64,000 nt of DNA from Takakia lepidozioides (GCA_030704615.1 CM060732.1:54126001-54190000); one strand, 5' to 3'. Counted from the first letter of the stretch, positions 52,284 through 62,505 are shown. Made by a program: numbers and translations. Notes: a model not told the origin generated them from the letters alone.

Positions 52284-53573
52284 CTATCCCAAGCAGTGTG
52301 GACACAACCAATGTCCGTCAGGAACCTTCTCAAGAGGTGGTGTCAAGCATCCCATATGCCAACCCCTTGAGCATCGATCACACACCAGCATGGTGGCTGC
52401 CCCTTTGGCAGACCTACAGAGCATGCACCTCAAACCTGCAGGTATCACTGCCAAGTTTGGGTCAACTCTGCCATCGACATTGGGAAGGTGACATGGTGTA
52501 CAATTACGCACATGGTCCTTCCAAGTCATGCCATCCCGACCCTCCAAGATCAGGACCCCTGAGGGCAACACCTCTCGAACCCTCAGAATAACACGCCCTG
52601 CAGTAACATCCAGAGTCGTAGGAGCAGTCTGCTGCAAATAAACATAGTCACCAGGGCTAAACGTCCGAACCCCAGGACGATATCATCCACCACGTATAGT
52701 GGCATACGTCAACGTATCACGGTGTTGTGCAATGGCAAGGCTCTCAAAAGCCATGGGCATGACTTTCTTGAAAAACTCTGCACGCTGATCACATGCGCGT
52801 ACCCACACGTCCAGATCGTCAAGGTTAAGGACTTGAGCAGTGTCCCTACGAATGGCTGCAGGCAAATCCGGCTCTCGGCCAAAGAGAAGGAAATATGGTG
52901 AGAAGGAGGCAAGCGATGCTTGTTTGCTGAACCTGTAGCCCATGGCTAACCAAGGAACCTGAAGATCCCAATCTCCTAGGTGTCCCTTTTGCAAGCCATA
53001 CTTGCGCAAACCCCTCTTCACCGTCTGAACAACTCTCTCTGCTAAGCCATCGGCCTCAGGATGATCCCGAGAAGTGGTGCGATGGTCTATCAAGGCTTTA
53101 TCACACAAAGCCTAAAATTCCCCCAAGAACTCTCTCCCTTGGTCCATGAGTACCTCAAGCACACGATCCAAGAATGCATACGCAGCCCCCTCACTAGCCT
53201 TGTTAGGCAATGGAACCAACTCAATCCACTTGGAGAAGTGCTCCACCATCACCAACACATATCTGTGGTGGCGCATAGTCAGTGGCAACGGTCCTGCGAA
53301 GTCAAGACTCCACCTGTAGCCCAATCCCATGATAGGTAAAGGATGCAACTGTGGTGTAGGGGTGTTGAATGAAGCACGCACCCTGTCACACACCATGCAT
53401 CTAGCCACGAACTGTTGCACCTCTGTATGCATACCACGCCACCAATACTGCCCTTGCAGTAAAATGTGAGTGCGTCGCACTCCAAAATGCCCCAACTCCT
53501 CATGGGCATGCCGCACTAACCGTGCACGCTGTATGGGGTGAGGCACAATCCTCACCCGACCATCCTCCCACAC
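52284..53573 (-). pseudogene. DDE integrase (HHCC zinc finger and rve core) with C-terminal PHD finger; disrupted
   Basis: HEELGH...CMVC; SLDFAGPL, MDQGREF, HPEADGLAERVVQT; CMLC...LVCDRCSRGWHMGCLTPPLEKVPDGHWLCPHC (C4HC3). Confidence 0.93.
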
Positions 53574-53594
53574 TCGAAGTAAGTGTATCCCCTC

Positions 53595-54990
53595 CTACTT
53601 GAACCTCTTGGCTCGTTGCAGGATCCGATCCCTCTCCCTGGCAGTCACAGTGGCTGCCGTGTCTCCCGTGCGGAGGTAGTCCAACACAGCCGAATCCTCA
53701 TGTATATCTCTGGCACCACCTGGCTCATCACTAGCCTCAGGGTCCTCAGACACTCCGTCTACAGTCATCCCTGTTGTAGGTCCAACCTGACATCCCGATG
53801 CCAAGATACACAAAAATGCAGATGCATGCCATCCCGACACCATCTCCTCGTCCGTCTCACCATGCCACCGAGCTCCAGTGTCATCTTGCTGGCTCATGTA
53901 TGGATTGCGACTCAATCCATCCACATCTCGATTGACCAAACCCGGTCGATGCACAACCTGAAAGTCATTCTCCTGGAGTATGAGTGCCCACCGTGCAAGC
54001 TTCCCCGTAAGCTTGTCTGACTCCATCAACCACTTGAGTGGCTAGTGATCTGTGACAAGGGTGAAAAGATTGCCGTATAGATAGCACCTGAAGTGTGCCA
54101 CGGCCCACACTGCAGCTAAGCATTCTCTCTCATATGAGCTGTACTTAGCCTCTACAGCGTTGTTCGAGCGGCTAGCATAAGCCACTACGAACTCTCTTCC
54201 CTCATCATCCACCTGTGTGAGCACCGCTCCAAGCCCCAGCATGCTCCAATCCGTATGCAGCTGAAAGGGATGCCCCCTGATAGGTCGTCTCAGGATAGGT
54301 GCCAAGGTCAACCTCGCCTTGAGCTCTTGAAAAGCTCGTTCCTGCTCATCTTCCCACTGCCACTCCTGGTCCACCTTGGTCAGCTTGGTTAGAGCCTTTG
54401 CAATGGTACTAAATCCCTTGACAAACCGTCTATAATAGTTTGCCAACCCCATGAAAGCTCGAACTTGGCTCACATCCGTGGGGCGTGGAATTTGTGCAAT
54501 GGCCTCTACCGTAGTCTGTTGTACCCCCAATCCTCCAGGATATATCATGTGACCCAGATACTCAATCTGGTTGTGGAAAAACTTGCACTTCCCCGGATGC
54601 AACTTCAATCCGTGCGCTCTCAAGCGCTCCAATACCACCTGAAGATGTCTCTCATGCTCCTCCATCGTAACACTAAAGATGATGATGTCATCTATGTAGC
54701 ACCGAGCAAAGTCCACCCCTGCTAGAATCCTATCCATAACTCTCTGAAACTCTGCAGAAGCTTTCTTAAGCCCAAATGTAAGAACCGCCACTGATATAGG
54801 CAATCCTTCCCGTGCTCATTGATCCCCCATAATGTCGTCTTCTGCTTGTCCGCCTCCTTGATTGGCAACTAATGATATCCGGATCGTAAATCCAAAGTGC
54901 TAAAGGCCTTAGCATGCCCGATGGCATCAAAGATCTCCTCTGGTGTTGGCATGGCATACTTATCGGACTTGGTCTGACGATTTACAGGAT
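53595..54990 (-). pseudogene. Reverse transcriptase and RNase H (Ty3/gypsy), N-terminally deleted
   Basis: VNRQTKSDKYAMP, FSTLDLRSGYH, FGLKKA, CYIDDIII, YLGH, FMGLANYYRRFV, LHTDWSMLGLGAVL, YSSYERECLA, LVTDH, KLARWAL. Confidence 0.95.
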
Positions 54991-57432
54991 CAAGTTAGTC
55001 CACCATAGCCGTGGACTTTGAGCCCGTGACCCCACTGTAGCTGCATCTAGCAACACTGCTGACCCAAGCCACGACCGGACTTGATGCACACTGTCCATCA
55101 CCCTGGCCCGAGAATCACCCATCAGTGGCACATTCTCCAAGATGTATGCTGGAGATACAGCTTGATGTAGCTGCAAGTGGCGCAAAACCCGCACCATCTC
55201 CCAAAACAGACCTGACCTCGAGTCTCGCAATCCATTGTCATGCCCGGCTGATGAATGCCCTTGGCAGGGCCAACTTGCCACTACCAGATCAATGGAGCCA
55301 ACCCGCTCCAAATCCTGCGCCCCCAGCAACGAAATGTCTGCTGGCAAGGCCTGCTGATATCCACAAATTGCAGACACCGACAACAACTCAGGGTACCGCT
55401 GCACCAACTGAGCAACATGGCGAAGTGAAATGCGTCGTGCAGTCTCATCCCTCTCCACATACAGGTAACGCCAAACTCGTACACCTGCCTGTAACACAAC
55501 AGCCAATCCGGTGCTGATCCCGCCAAACAAGTCCAGAAGACAAATGCCTTCATCCGGATATTGCCACACAATAGGTGTGGTGTCCAATAGAGACAACTGA
55601 GGTGGTCGTGGTGCAATCCCCGCACTCTCCTCCTCTCCTGATGGTACAAAAGCCTCCACCCAGGCTTGTTGCACTCGTCGATCAGCATCCCGCTGCAAAT
55701 CCTTGCTCGTGCCCCACAATGGAGTCTGAGCAACCATGGTAGGCAACTCCGCCATACCATACATGTCATCCTGCTCTCCCAGAGGTGGCACATCCTCTGA
55801 ATGAGCATTGCCCTCAAGCAACTCTCTAGGCCAACTCACTGCCGCTGTGAATGCTGCTAGTGTCGGCATCTTGCCTCGCTGGGCAACCGCAACTCCTCCT
55901 ATGAATGTCACAGGGAGCTGCACACGCCGGCCCTCCCTTGACTGCCATGCAGGCCTATATGAAGCTGACTCCTCCCAAAAATCCAGGGTGAAGCCCATGG
56001 GGTACAACACTGCCCCACCAACCAGGACATCGTATGAGACCGCGTCTGTCACAATGGCCTTGGCTCGCATCACTGAGCCATCTGTAGGGTGATCCGGCCG
56101 TAGTCTGATAGCCAACTCACGCCGTGTCATGCCCCGAGCCTGCTCCGATCCTCCCAGAGACGTCTGTATCTGGAAAGGACAAGGCTCCATATCCGCCTCC
56201 GTGAGGCCCAAGCCTGCAATAGCAGCTCTGCCCAGCATCAGTGGCTGAGCTCCCGAGTCCAACAAGACCCGCAGTGGCCGGTACCTCTTGCCTGCCAGTC
56301 CACTCAAACAGAAAATGCCATCCTGGTTGTCTAACATGACAACTGCAGGTGTCACCATGGCGCGCTCAATGGCTGGCCTAGCTGGCAGCTCCATCAACCT
56401 GGCAGCTGCAGCTTGCCATGGCACCGTCGTGGCAGTCTTGACCCTCAAATCCGAGGATCCCTCCGGCACTACACCTCCCACTATCTCCGCAGAAGATGAA
56501 GTAACCTCCCCACTCTCACAGAGTGTAGCTGCCAGCTTGAACACTTCAGCTGGTCTTACCCCCGGCGTCGCAATCATGGTAGCCGAGAACAATGGAGCCT
56601 GGCACATAGATGTGGCCGCTCCTAGCAGCACACTAGCTACCGTAGCCTTGGCAACACTAGGTAGTGGTGCTACCCGTGTAGCTCTCCCCAATGGCATAGT
56701 AGCCTCCGCCTCGGTAACAGTCGGGCAAGAACTAGGTGCCATGGATGGCGTCGACACTGTCTCCGCCCATGTAAATGACTGAGGAAGCCTAGCCTGACGA
56801 CTTGCCTCCCCACGCTGTGGATTCAACTCCACCTCTGCACCTCGTGGCTCAGGAACTCGTGTTGCTCCTCGAGTCACAGCAACAGCAGACTCCACCTGCA
56901 CTAGTGGTAGTGCTGCTCCACACATGAATCCCATGCCTCCCATATCTCCTCCCTCAGGAGCAGGAGGTGGACCATCCGGCCTTAGAGCCGGTACCACCTG
57001 AGCTGTAGCCATGGCAGCGAGCCTCTGCTCTAGCTGCTGAAGCCAGTTGGCCATGCCTTGGTCAACACCCTGACCTTCGCATCCTTGGCTATGTTGAGCT
57101 TGCCCTTGGCCTGCACCTCGTGGCTGGCCACCTCGTCCTCTCTGGGCTGCTCCACCTCGCCCCCGGCCACCATTGTTCCCTTGGAACTGGCCTGGGCGCA
57201 ACTCAGGATGCAAACCATAACACTGGGCCTCTCCATGCCCGTGCTTGCCACAATGCCCACAATACAACTGTGCAGGCTGTGCATGTGCCAGCCTTTTGCC
57301 TCCCTCTAGGCAATCCTTCTTGACATGGGGTCCTCCACATGTCCAGCACACCACATCCGCCCGTTGTTGGCTAGCAAATGAAGGGAGAGACCCCTGCATC
57401 TGAGGTCCTCTCTGCCCTTCCCTGAGCTTCAC
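54982..57432 (-). CDS. Gag zinc knuckles, aspartic protease and C5 cytosine DNA methyltransferase (motifs I-VIII)
   Basis: CWTCGGPHVKKDC, CGHCGKHGHGEAQC, VLLDSGAQ; then LDLFGGI (I), VERD (II), ADI (III), WPCQ (IV), ILENV (VI), AQSPRLWWTNL (VIII). Confidence 0.92.
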   Translation of the reverse strand: MKLREGQRGPQMQGSLPSFASQQRADVVCWTCGGPHVKKDCLEGGKRLAHAQPAQLYCGHCGKHGHGEAQCYGLHPELRPGQFQGNNGGRGRGGAAQRGRGGQPRGAGQGQAQHSQGCEGQGVDQGMANWLQQLEQRLAAMATAQVVPALRPDGPPPAPEGGDMGGMGFMCGAALPLVQVESAVAVTRGATRVPEPRGAEVELNPQRGEASRQARLPQSFTWAETVSTPSMAPSSCPTVTEAEATMPLGRATRVAPLPSVAKATVASVLLGAATSMCQAPLFSATMIATPGVRPAEVFKLAATLCESGEVTSSSAEIVGGVVPEGSSDLRVKTATTVPWQAAAARLMELPARPAIERAMVTPAVVMLDNQDGIFCLSGLAGKRYRPLRVLLDSGAQPLMLGRAAIAGLGLTEADMEPCPFQIQTSLGGSEQARGMTRRELAIRLRPDHPTDGSVMRAKAIVTDAVSYDVLVGGAVLYPMGFTLDFWEESASYRPAWQSREGRRVQLPVTFIGGVAVAQRGKMPTLAAFTAAVSWPRELLEGNAHSEDVPPLGEQDDMYGMAELPTMVAQTPLWGTSKDLQRDADRRVQQAWVEAFVPSGEEESAGIAPRPPQLSLLDTTPIVWQYPDEGICLLDLFGGISTGLAVVLQAGVRVWRYLYVERDETARRISLRHVAQLVQRYPELLSVSAICGYQQALPADISLLGAQDLERVGSIDLVVASWPCQGHSSAGHDNGLRDSRSGLFWEMVRVLRHLQLHQAVSPAYILENVPLMGDSRARVMDSVHQVRSWLGSAVLLDAATVGSRAQSPRLWWTNLIL

Positions 57433-58477
57433 CTGAGCCCCTTGTTGCCTTGAGCACGTTGAGGTAGTGGTTGGCTAGGAGCACCACTACCCCGTGGTGT
57501 CTCCTTAGCAATCCCACCATGACCACTCGTTCCTCCACCATGTTGAGCTCTATCCGCTCTGCCAGCAAAAATACATTTGCTAAGGTGGGTTGGGCCGCTT
57601 GTAGGAGAGTTGCATCCCGCACCCTTCTCCTCAGCTCCTTGTCCAATATCCCATACCAGAATTGGACTGCCTGAGCTTCCGTAACCCCTTGGGTTACATT
57701 TATCAAGCGCCTCATGCGAGTGAAAGCCTCCCTCAAGCTCTCGGTCGGCTTCCATTGGAACTCTTGCAAGCTCCGCAACTTCTCTGTCCTCACCCCTTGG
57801 TAGTTCCCTCTCAACTCTTCGAAGAACTCCACAACAGGGTTGAAGGCAGGCACGGGTGCTAGTGCTGGTGCGGTAGTGGCTTGGGTGGACATCGTAGCTA
57901 CTGTACCACCATTCCCACTAGTCCCACTGCTACTTGCTGAAGCTGTCGGTGCAGCGGCAAGTGTAGCCACTGCCCTCGTGGCTCTAGTGCCCCTAGTGAT
58001 GGAAACATAGTCGGGTGACCAGTACATCCTCCACTCCTCAATCTCAACCTCGTGCCCCCGCCTGAACTCATGGTAATCATCCATAGGCGGCCCCTCAAGG
58101 TGCTGAAACAGCCCCTTCCATGCCATGAAAGGCGTAAATAGTTGTGGATTGCGCATTTGCTGCAAATCACACCAACTATCAAACTCTTGGCTAAAATCAT
58201 CCAACTCGATGGTGCCCACCGCCCCAGAGTACCTTCGTGGCCCCTTGGTAGCTCCATACATCTCCTCCATTGTGTCCCACAACAATGGCAAAGAAACAAC
58301 TTGCACCGTCGATATGAGTCCTCCTGATTCACAATCCGAATCAGAACCTTCCGTAGAAGACACAGGAGGTGAAGGTGGCCTAAACCGCACACCTCGTCTC
58401 GTGTACCCACTAATATCGCTAGTGCTCGAACCGACACTGTCCCCAGCAACTAGTGGCACCTCCGTGTTGACACTCAA
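57371..58477 (-). CDS. Gag capsid-like ORF of the gypsy element
   Basis: Lies upstream of the zinc knuckles; LQEFQWKPTESLREAFTRM resembles the retrotransposon gag major homology region. Confidence 0.75.
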   Translation of the reverse strand: MSVNTEVPLVAGDSVGSSTSDISGYTRRGVRFRPPSPPVSSTEGSDSDCESGGLISTVQVVSLPLLWDTMEEMYGATKGPRRYSGAVGTIELDDFSQEFDSWCDLQQMRNPQLFTPFMAWKGLFQHLEGPPMDDYHEFRRGHEVEIEEWRMYWSPDYVSITRGTRATRAVATLAAAPTASASSSGTSGNGGTVATMSTQATTAPALAPVPAFNPVVEFFEELRGNYQGVRTEKLRSLQEFQWKPTESLREAFTRMRRLINVTQGVTEAQAVQFWYGILDKELRRRVRDATLLQAAQPTLANVFLLAERIELNMVEERVVMVGLLRRHHGVVVLLANHYLNVLKATRGSGEAQGRAERTSDAGVSPFIC

Positions 58478-59184
58478 CCGGTCATGAACATGTCTCTAAC
58501 CCCCTCTCCACAAGGTAACCAGATAGAGAACCTATTGCGGCTTATGGTTTGGAATATTAAGTTCCTAACATAGCCTACACCTGTACCTGCATCCACCGCA
58601 AGCACTCCTATGGTTGGCTGGTCATCCAACCTCACCACAGGAGAAACAATGATGGTCTGGCTGGTCATCACCCCAGCCTCACCATCGACAGCATGCTCTA
58701 GGACTGGCCGGTGATCAAATCCGGACCAATCACCTATAAAAACAAGCGCCCACACAAAACTAGCATGGCACACAGTCAAGCATGCAGGTATGGAGGGGAT
58801 CCAAACACAAGAAATCAGAACGACAACTCCCCCACACCAAAACAACTCCACGGTGTTGCTCCTGCAAGGACACCCCAGCCCAAACCCGGACTGACTCTTG
58901 CCTCCACCTACGGAAAGGTCTTGGCCTAATGAGAGGGTGGAAACTACGAGGAAGAGAAGCTAAAGCAATGCCGAACCCCAGCACTATTCCTCTCCTCTCT
59001 TCCCTTACTTGCATGACCATGGGAATATCATGAAGATACTCCTCAAACCGCCCTCTGAGCTTCAAAATTCGGCCTTCAAGACCACATACCAGTCCTTAGG
59101 CAGTCCACCAGTGCCTCCACGAGTCAGCACAGGCCATCCACAGGTCAACACGGGCCACCACACACCAGCACAGGCTCACACAGC

Positions 59185-59622
59185 TCACTGGTCACAGCCG
59201 TCACAGTCCCACAGGCCACTGGGCACAGCCTGTCACAGCCCCTCATAGCCCGTCACAGCTTGCCACAGCCTGTCACAGCCCGTCACAGCCCCACAGGCCA
59301 CAGGGCACAGCCCGCCACAGCCTGTCACAGCCCCGCACAGCCCGTCACAGCCCCACAGGCCACAGGGCACAGCCCGCCACAGCCTGTCACAGCCCCGCAC
59401 AGCCCGTCACAGCTCGCCACAGCCTGTCACAGCCCGTCACAGCCCCACAGGCCACTGGGCACAGCCTGTCACAGCCCCTCACAGCCCGTCACAGCTCGCC
59501 ACAGCCCCTCACAGCCCCAAGGCCTCAGGCACGGCCTGACACAGCCCCTCACAGCCCCAAAGGCCTCAGGCACGGCCTGTCACAGCCCCAAAAGGCCACC
59601 GGCACAACCCGTCACAGCCCCA
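59185..59622. repeat. GTCACAGCCC-based minisatellite in the gypsy 5' leader
   Basis: Dozens of 10-11 bp units (CTGTCACAGCC/CCGTCACAGCC) with higher-order repeats. Confidence 0.92.
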
Positions 59623-61157
59623 TCCATGGCCGCTCTGGCAGTTTAGCCATTTCTCCAAGGGGTTTAGCCACGCCAAGCTAGGGTTTGTGTCTCTTGGACT
59701 CTAGGCTTCTTTCCACCGAGCTATGGCGGTTGTGAGGAAATCAGCAAGGTATTCTTGCTCTTTCGGCTCCCACACACCACCATAGTAGCCCTAAGCCATG
59801 AGGTGGTTGCCACAAACCAAGCCTTCTTTCTCACTTAGCCTCCCCAAACACGCCACTAAACTCAATGGCAAACAACCAAGCCCTGCTGGTTCCCAGCCCT
59901 TGTGAGCACTCATTCAAGCACTCTCCTTGGCCATAGCATCTGTCTTAGAGCATATTCCAGCCCCCTACACCTGCTGCTTCAAGAGTTGCGCTCCCTTCAA
60001 GCTTGAAGTTGAAACCCCAACTCACATAGGCCCTACAAATGTTTTTCTCTTCACTCCAAGTGGAAACCAGCCCTAGACCTTCCATTCTAGCTCTCTAAAG
60101 CTTGAAAACAAGAGCCTCAATGGGCTGAAGGCATGCTCCACACATGCCCCACTCTCACCATAAGAAAATCAGCTCCTTTGCTTCATTTCTTGCACCCACA
60201 AACCTGAAAATACAAGCTTCAGCAGGCTGAAAGCATGCTCCACATGCCCTACAGGGAAACCAGCCCCTTCCTTCCTTTCTTGCACTCCCACACCTAAAAG
60301 TGCAAGCCTTCACCAGGCTGATAGCATGCTCCACACATGCATTGCCCTCACATAAGGGAAGTCAGCCCTTCCCTCTTCCTTGCTTGCCCTCCAAGCTTGA
60401 AGATGGAAGCTTCAATGAGCTGAATACATGCTCCACACATGCAACCTCTTCACACAAGAGATATCAGCCCCCTATCTTGGCTCCTTGGCTCCTTGATGCT
60501 CTCTAAGACAAGACTAAGTACTCCACAGCCTTTGCCAAGCTCCTGAAACCCTAAGGCTTACATTTCCAGCCACAAGACACTTCTCTTGTGGTGCAAGAGC
60601 TCTTCTTCCAAGCTCTGAAACCCTAGGTGCACATTCCATGGCCTTGCCGCACCTCTTAGCTCTTGTTCTAGCCCTGCTCTTGCCATGACAAGAGCCCTCT
60701 CAATGCTGAAGCTCGAGATTGAAACCCAATCTCACCATACTCCACAAAGTGCACTGATTTGCCCCAAGCCAAATCAGCCTTTTCGCTTGGTCTTGCAATC
60801 CTTCACACAATGAAAGCTCGCATTCCCAAGTCCAGTTCTTAGCTTTGCCACCAAAGCCACTATAACCTGCTCTTGACTGGTCATCTTCCCAATCGTGTTT
60901 GCTCATGCATGTACACAATCTGAAACCATCAAGGTGCTCTGGAATTACCTGCAGCATGGTGCTTTCATCTCTGAAGCTGAAGATCGAATGCCAAGGTCTA
61001 CCACCTCGTAACCCACATCGCCTCCGCTTCTAACAACCAAGAGCTCCACGGTGCTCCTTGCATAACAACTTGGTTTCTCTCATTCTCAAGCAAAAACCAC
61101 AAGTACTACAACTAACTCGTATCTGGCACTCACAGATACGAGCTCATCTTTCTCGAG

Positions 61158-61483
61158 TGATAACGAAGAAGAATACAAGTACAAGCTCATGCGAGCTCAC
61201 AAAGTTGAAGCATAAACTCATGCATATATAACCTCATCACTCAAATACAAGTCAAGCCAAGTGCACCCTACTCCATGGGGAATCCACACTACGGCGCCAT
61301 AGCTAGGCGCGGTGAGGCTCAACTCGAGAAAGATGAGCCTCCCGCGCTTGCCGTGAAGATAACCACTCCAGGGCCTAAATCTGCCTTGACCCCTGGATTG
61401 ACACTTGGGCCAATCCCAATGTCAATATGTAAAAGCTAGCTATTTCTTAGCTAGTTTCACACTAGTGGTAAAATAACTTGACA
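61158..61483 (-). repeat. 5' terminal repeat X1 (TG...CA)
   Basis: Minus strand TGTCAAG...CGTTATCA; about a dozen differences from 51494-51820 by eye. Confidence 0.93.
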
Positions 61484-61687
61484 GAGTCAATAAGAGAGGA
61501 ATGAAAAAACCAAAAATCCATCCTAACGGTAATTCAGTGTCCATCCTGGTGGCTCATCCGGTATGGATGAAAAACCGATAGAGGATGGATGAAACTCTGT
61601 TAAAACTTCATCCGGATTGGGTGAAAAAACATGAAATCAACACTGATAACAACCTGCCGGTTCCCAGGAGAGAGGGAGACAGAGGGA

Positions 61688-62505
61688 GAGAGGGGGCAAC
61701 AAAGAAAAAACAAAAAGGTGGGGGGGGGAAGTGACTAAGCAGCAGCTGCTCAGTCACTCCCCCCAGGTCTTCTTTTTTTCTTTTTTGTTTCTTGATCTGT
61801 CCCTCTCTCTGTCCCCCTCTCCCTCTCTTTCTCTCTCTCTCCTCTCTTTTGTGCTACTCACAAAAAAAATAAAACCACAAAGGGAAGGAGGGGGTCCGGA
61901 AAAAATTAAAAAGAGAGAGGGAGAGAGTGAGAAGATATTCATGTCATGTCAAGACATGGACAAGACCCATAAGGGTCATTGTCAATTAAAGACATAAACA
62001 ACCCTAGACATGGCACTATCTCACACTTCCATTCTTGTCAAATCATCCCAAATGACACCACCCAATCATCCAAGACAAAACAGGGTGGGAGGGCGGGGTT
62101 CGTTCTTGTGTGGGACAAGATAAGATATTGCCACCTATATGCAAGTTGCAAGGCATCTTGGTTCAGCCTGCTCACATACCTTACCAGCAGGTCATATATT
62201 AAAGGAGCACAAAATGTTGAGGTCATGCAAAGGGCAAGGTACCATGGTCCAGCCTGCCCTATTACCATTTCAAGACACATTTTCAAACATACATCTTGGG
62301 CATGACACACAGGTTGCAACATCTTACCTTATCAGCATTTAATTACAGCAGATTATGCACCAGCCAAGGCATAAGGACCAGCCTGCAATTTTTCAGAATC
62401 AAAACATGCTTCCAAGCAATCCTACTTGGGCATGAAAAAATAGATTCCATACCATTTGTACTCACCCCGAGACATGTAATCATACAAGGTATCAAGGGAA
62501 TGTGA
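61688..62505 (+). repeat. ~800-bp dispersed direct repeat, copy 2
   Basis: Colinear with 49215-50012. Confidence 0.85.

Larger units (their letters stand above)
51303..61483 (-). mobile_element. Ty3/gypsy-type retrotransposon with C5-MTase and PHD finger, permuted split direct repeats
   Basis: TGTC...GACA ends; 4-bp TSD GAGT (51299-51302, 61484-61487); domain order gag-ZnK-PR-MTase-RT-RH-IN-PHD; repeats X1 61158-61483, Y1 51823-52023, X2 51494-51820, Y2 51303-51491. Confidence 0.95.
50859..61645. mobile_element. Small (~600 bp) hAT-like/MITE element with CATCCGGTATGGATG sub-repeats, interrupted by the gypsy insertion
   Basis: Sub-repeats lie on both sides of 51303-61483; weak TIR similarity TAGGGTTTTTTTTCCGATTTTTCATC / CAGTGTTGATTTCATGTTTTTTCACC; no clean TSD. 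Confidence 0.4.

Noticed and set aside
54990-55550. Bacterial restriction-modification gene or contamination
   Set aside because: The MTase is in frame with the gag knuckles and protease, inside a TSD-bounded element in plant genomic context.
59260-59646. 128-aa repetitive ORF
   Set aside because: It is a translation of the minisatellite, antisense to the element.
51303-61483. DIRS/Ngaro tyrosine-recombinase element
   Set aside because: Despite the split direct repeats, no tyrosine-recombinase ORF was seen; it has a protease, an HHCC-DDE integrase, TG...CA ends and a TSD.
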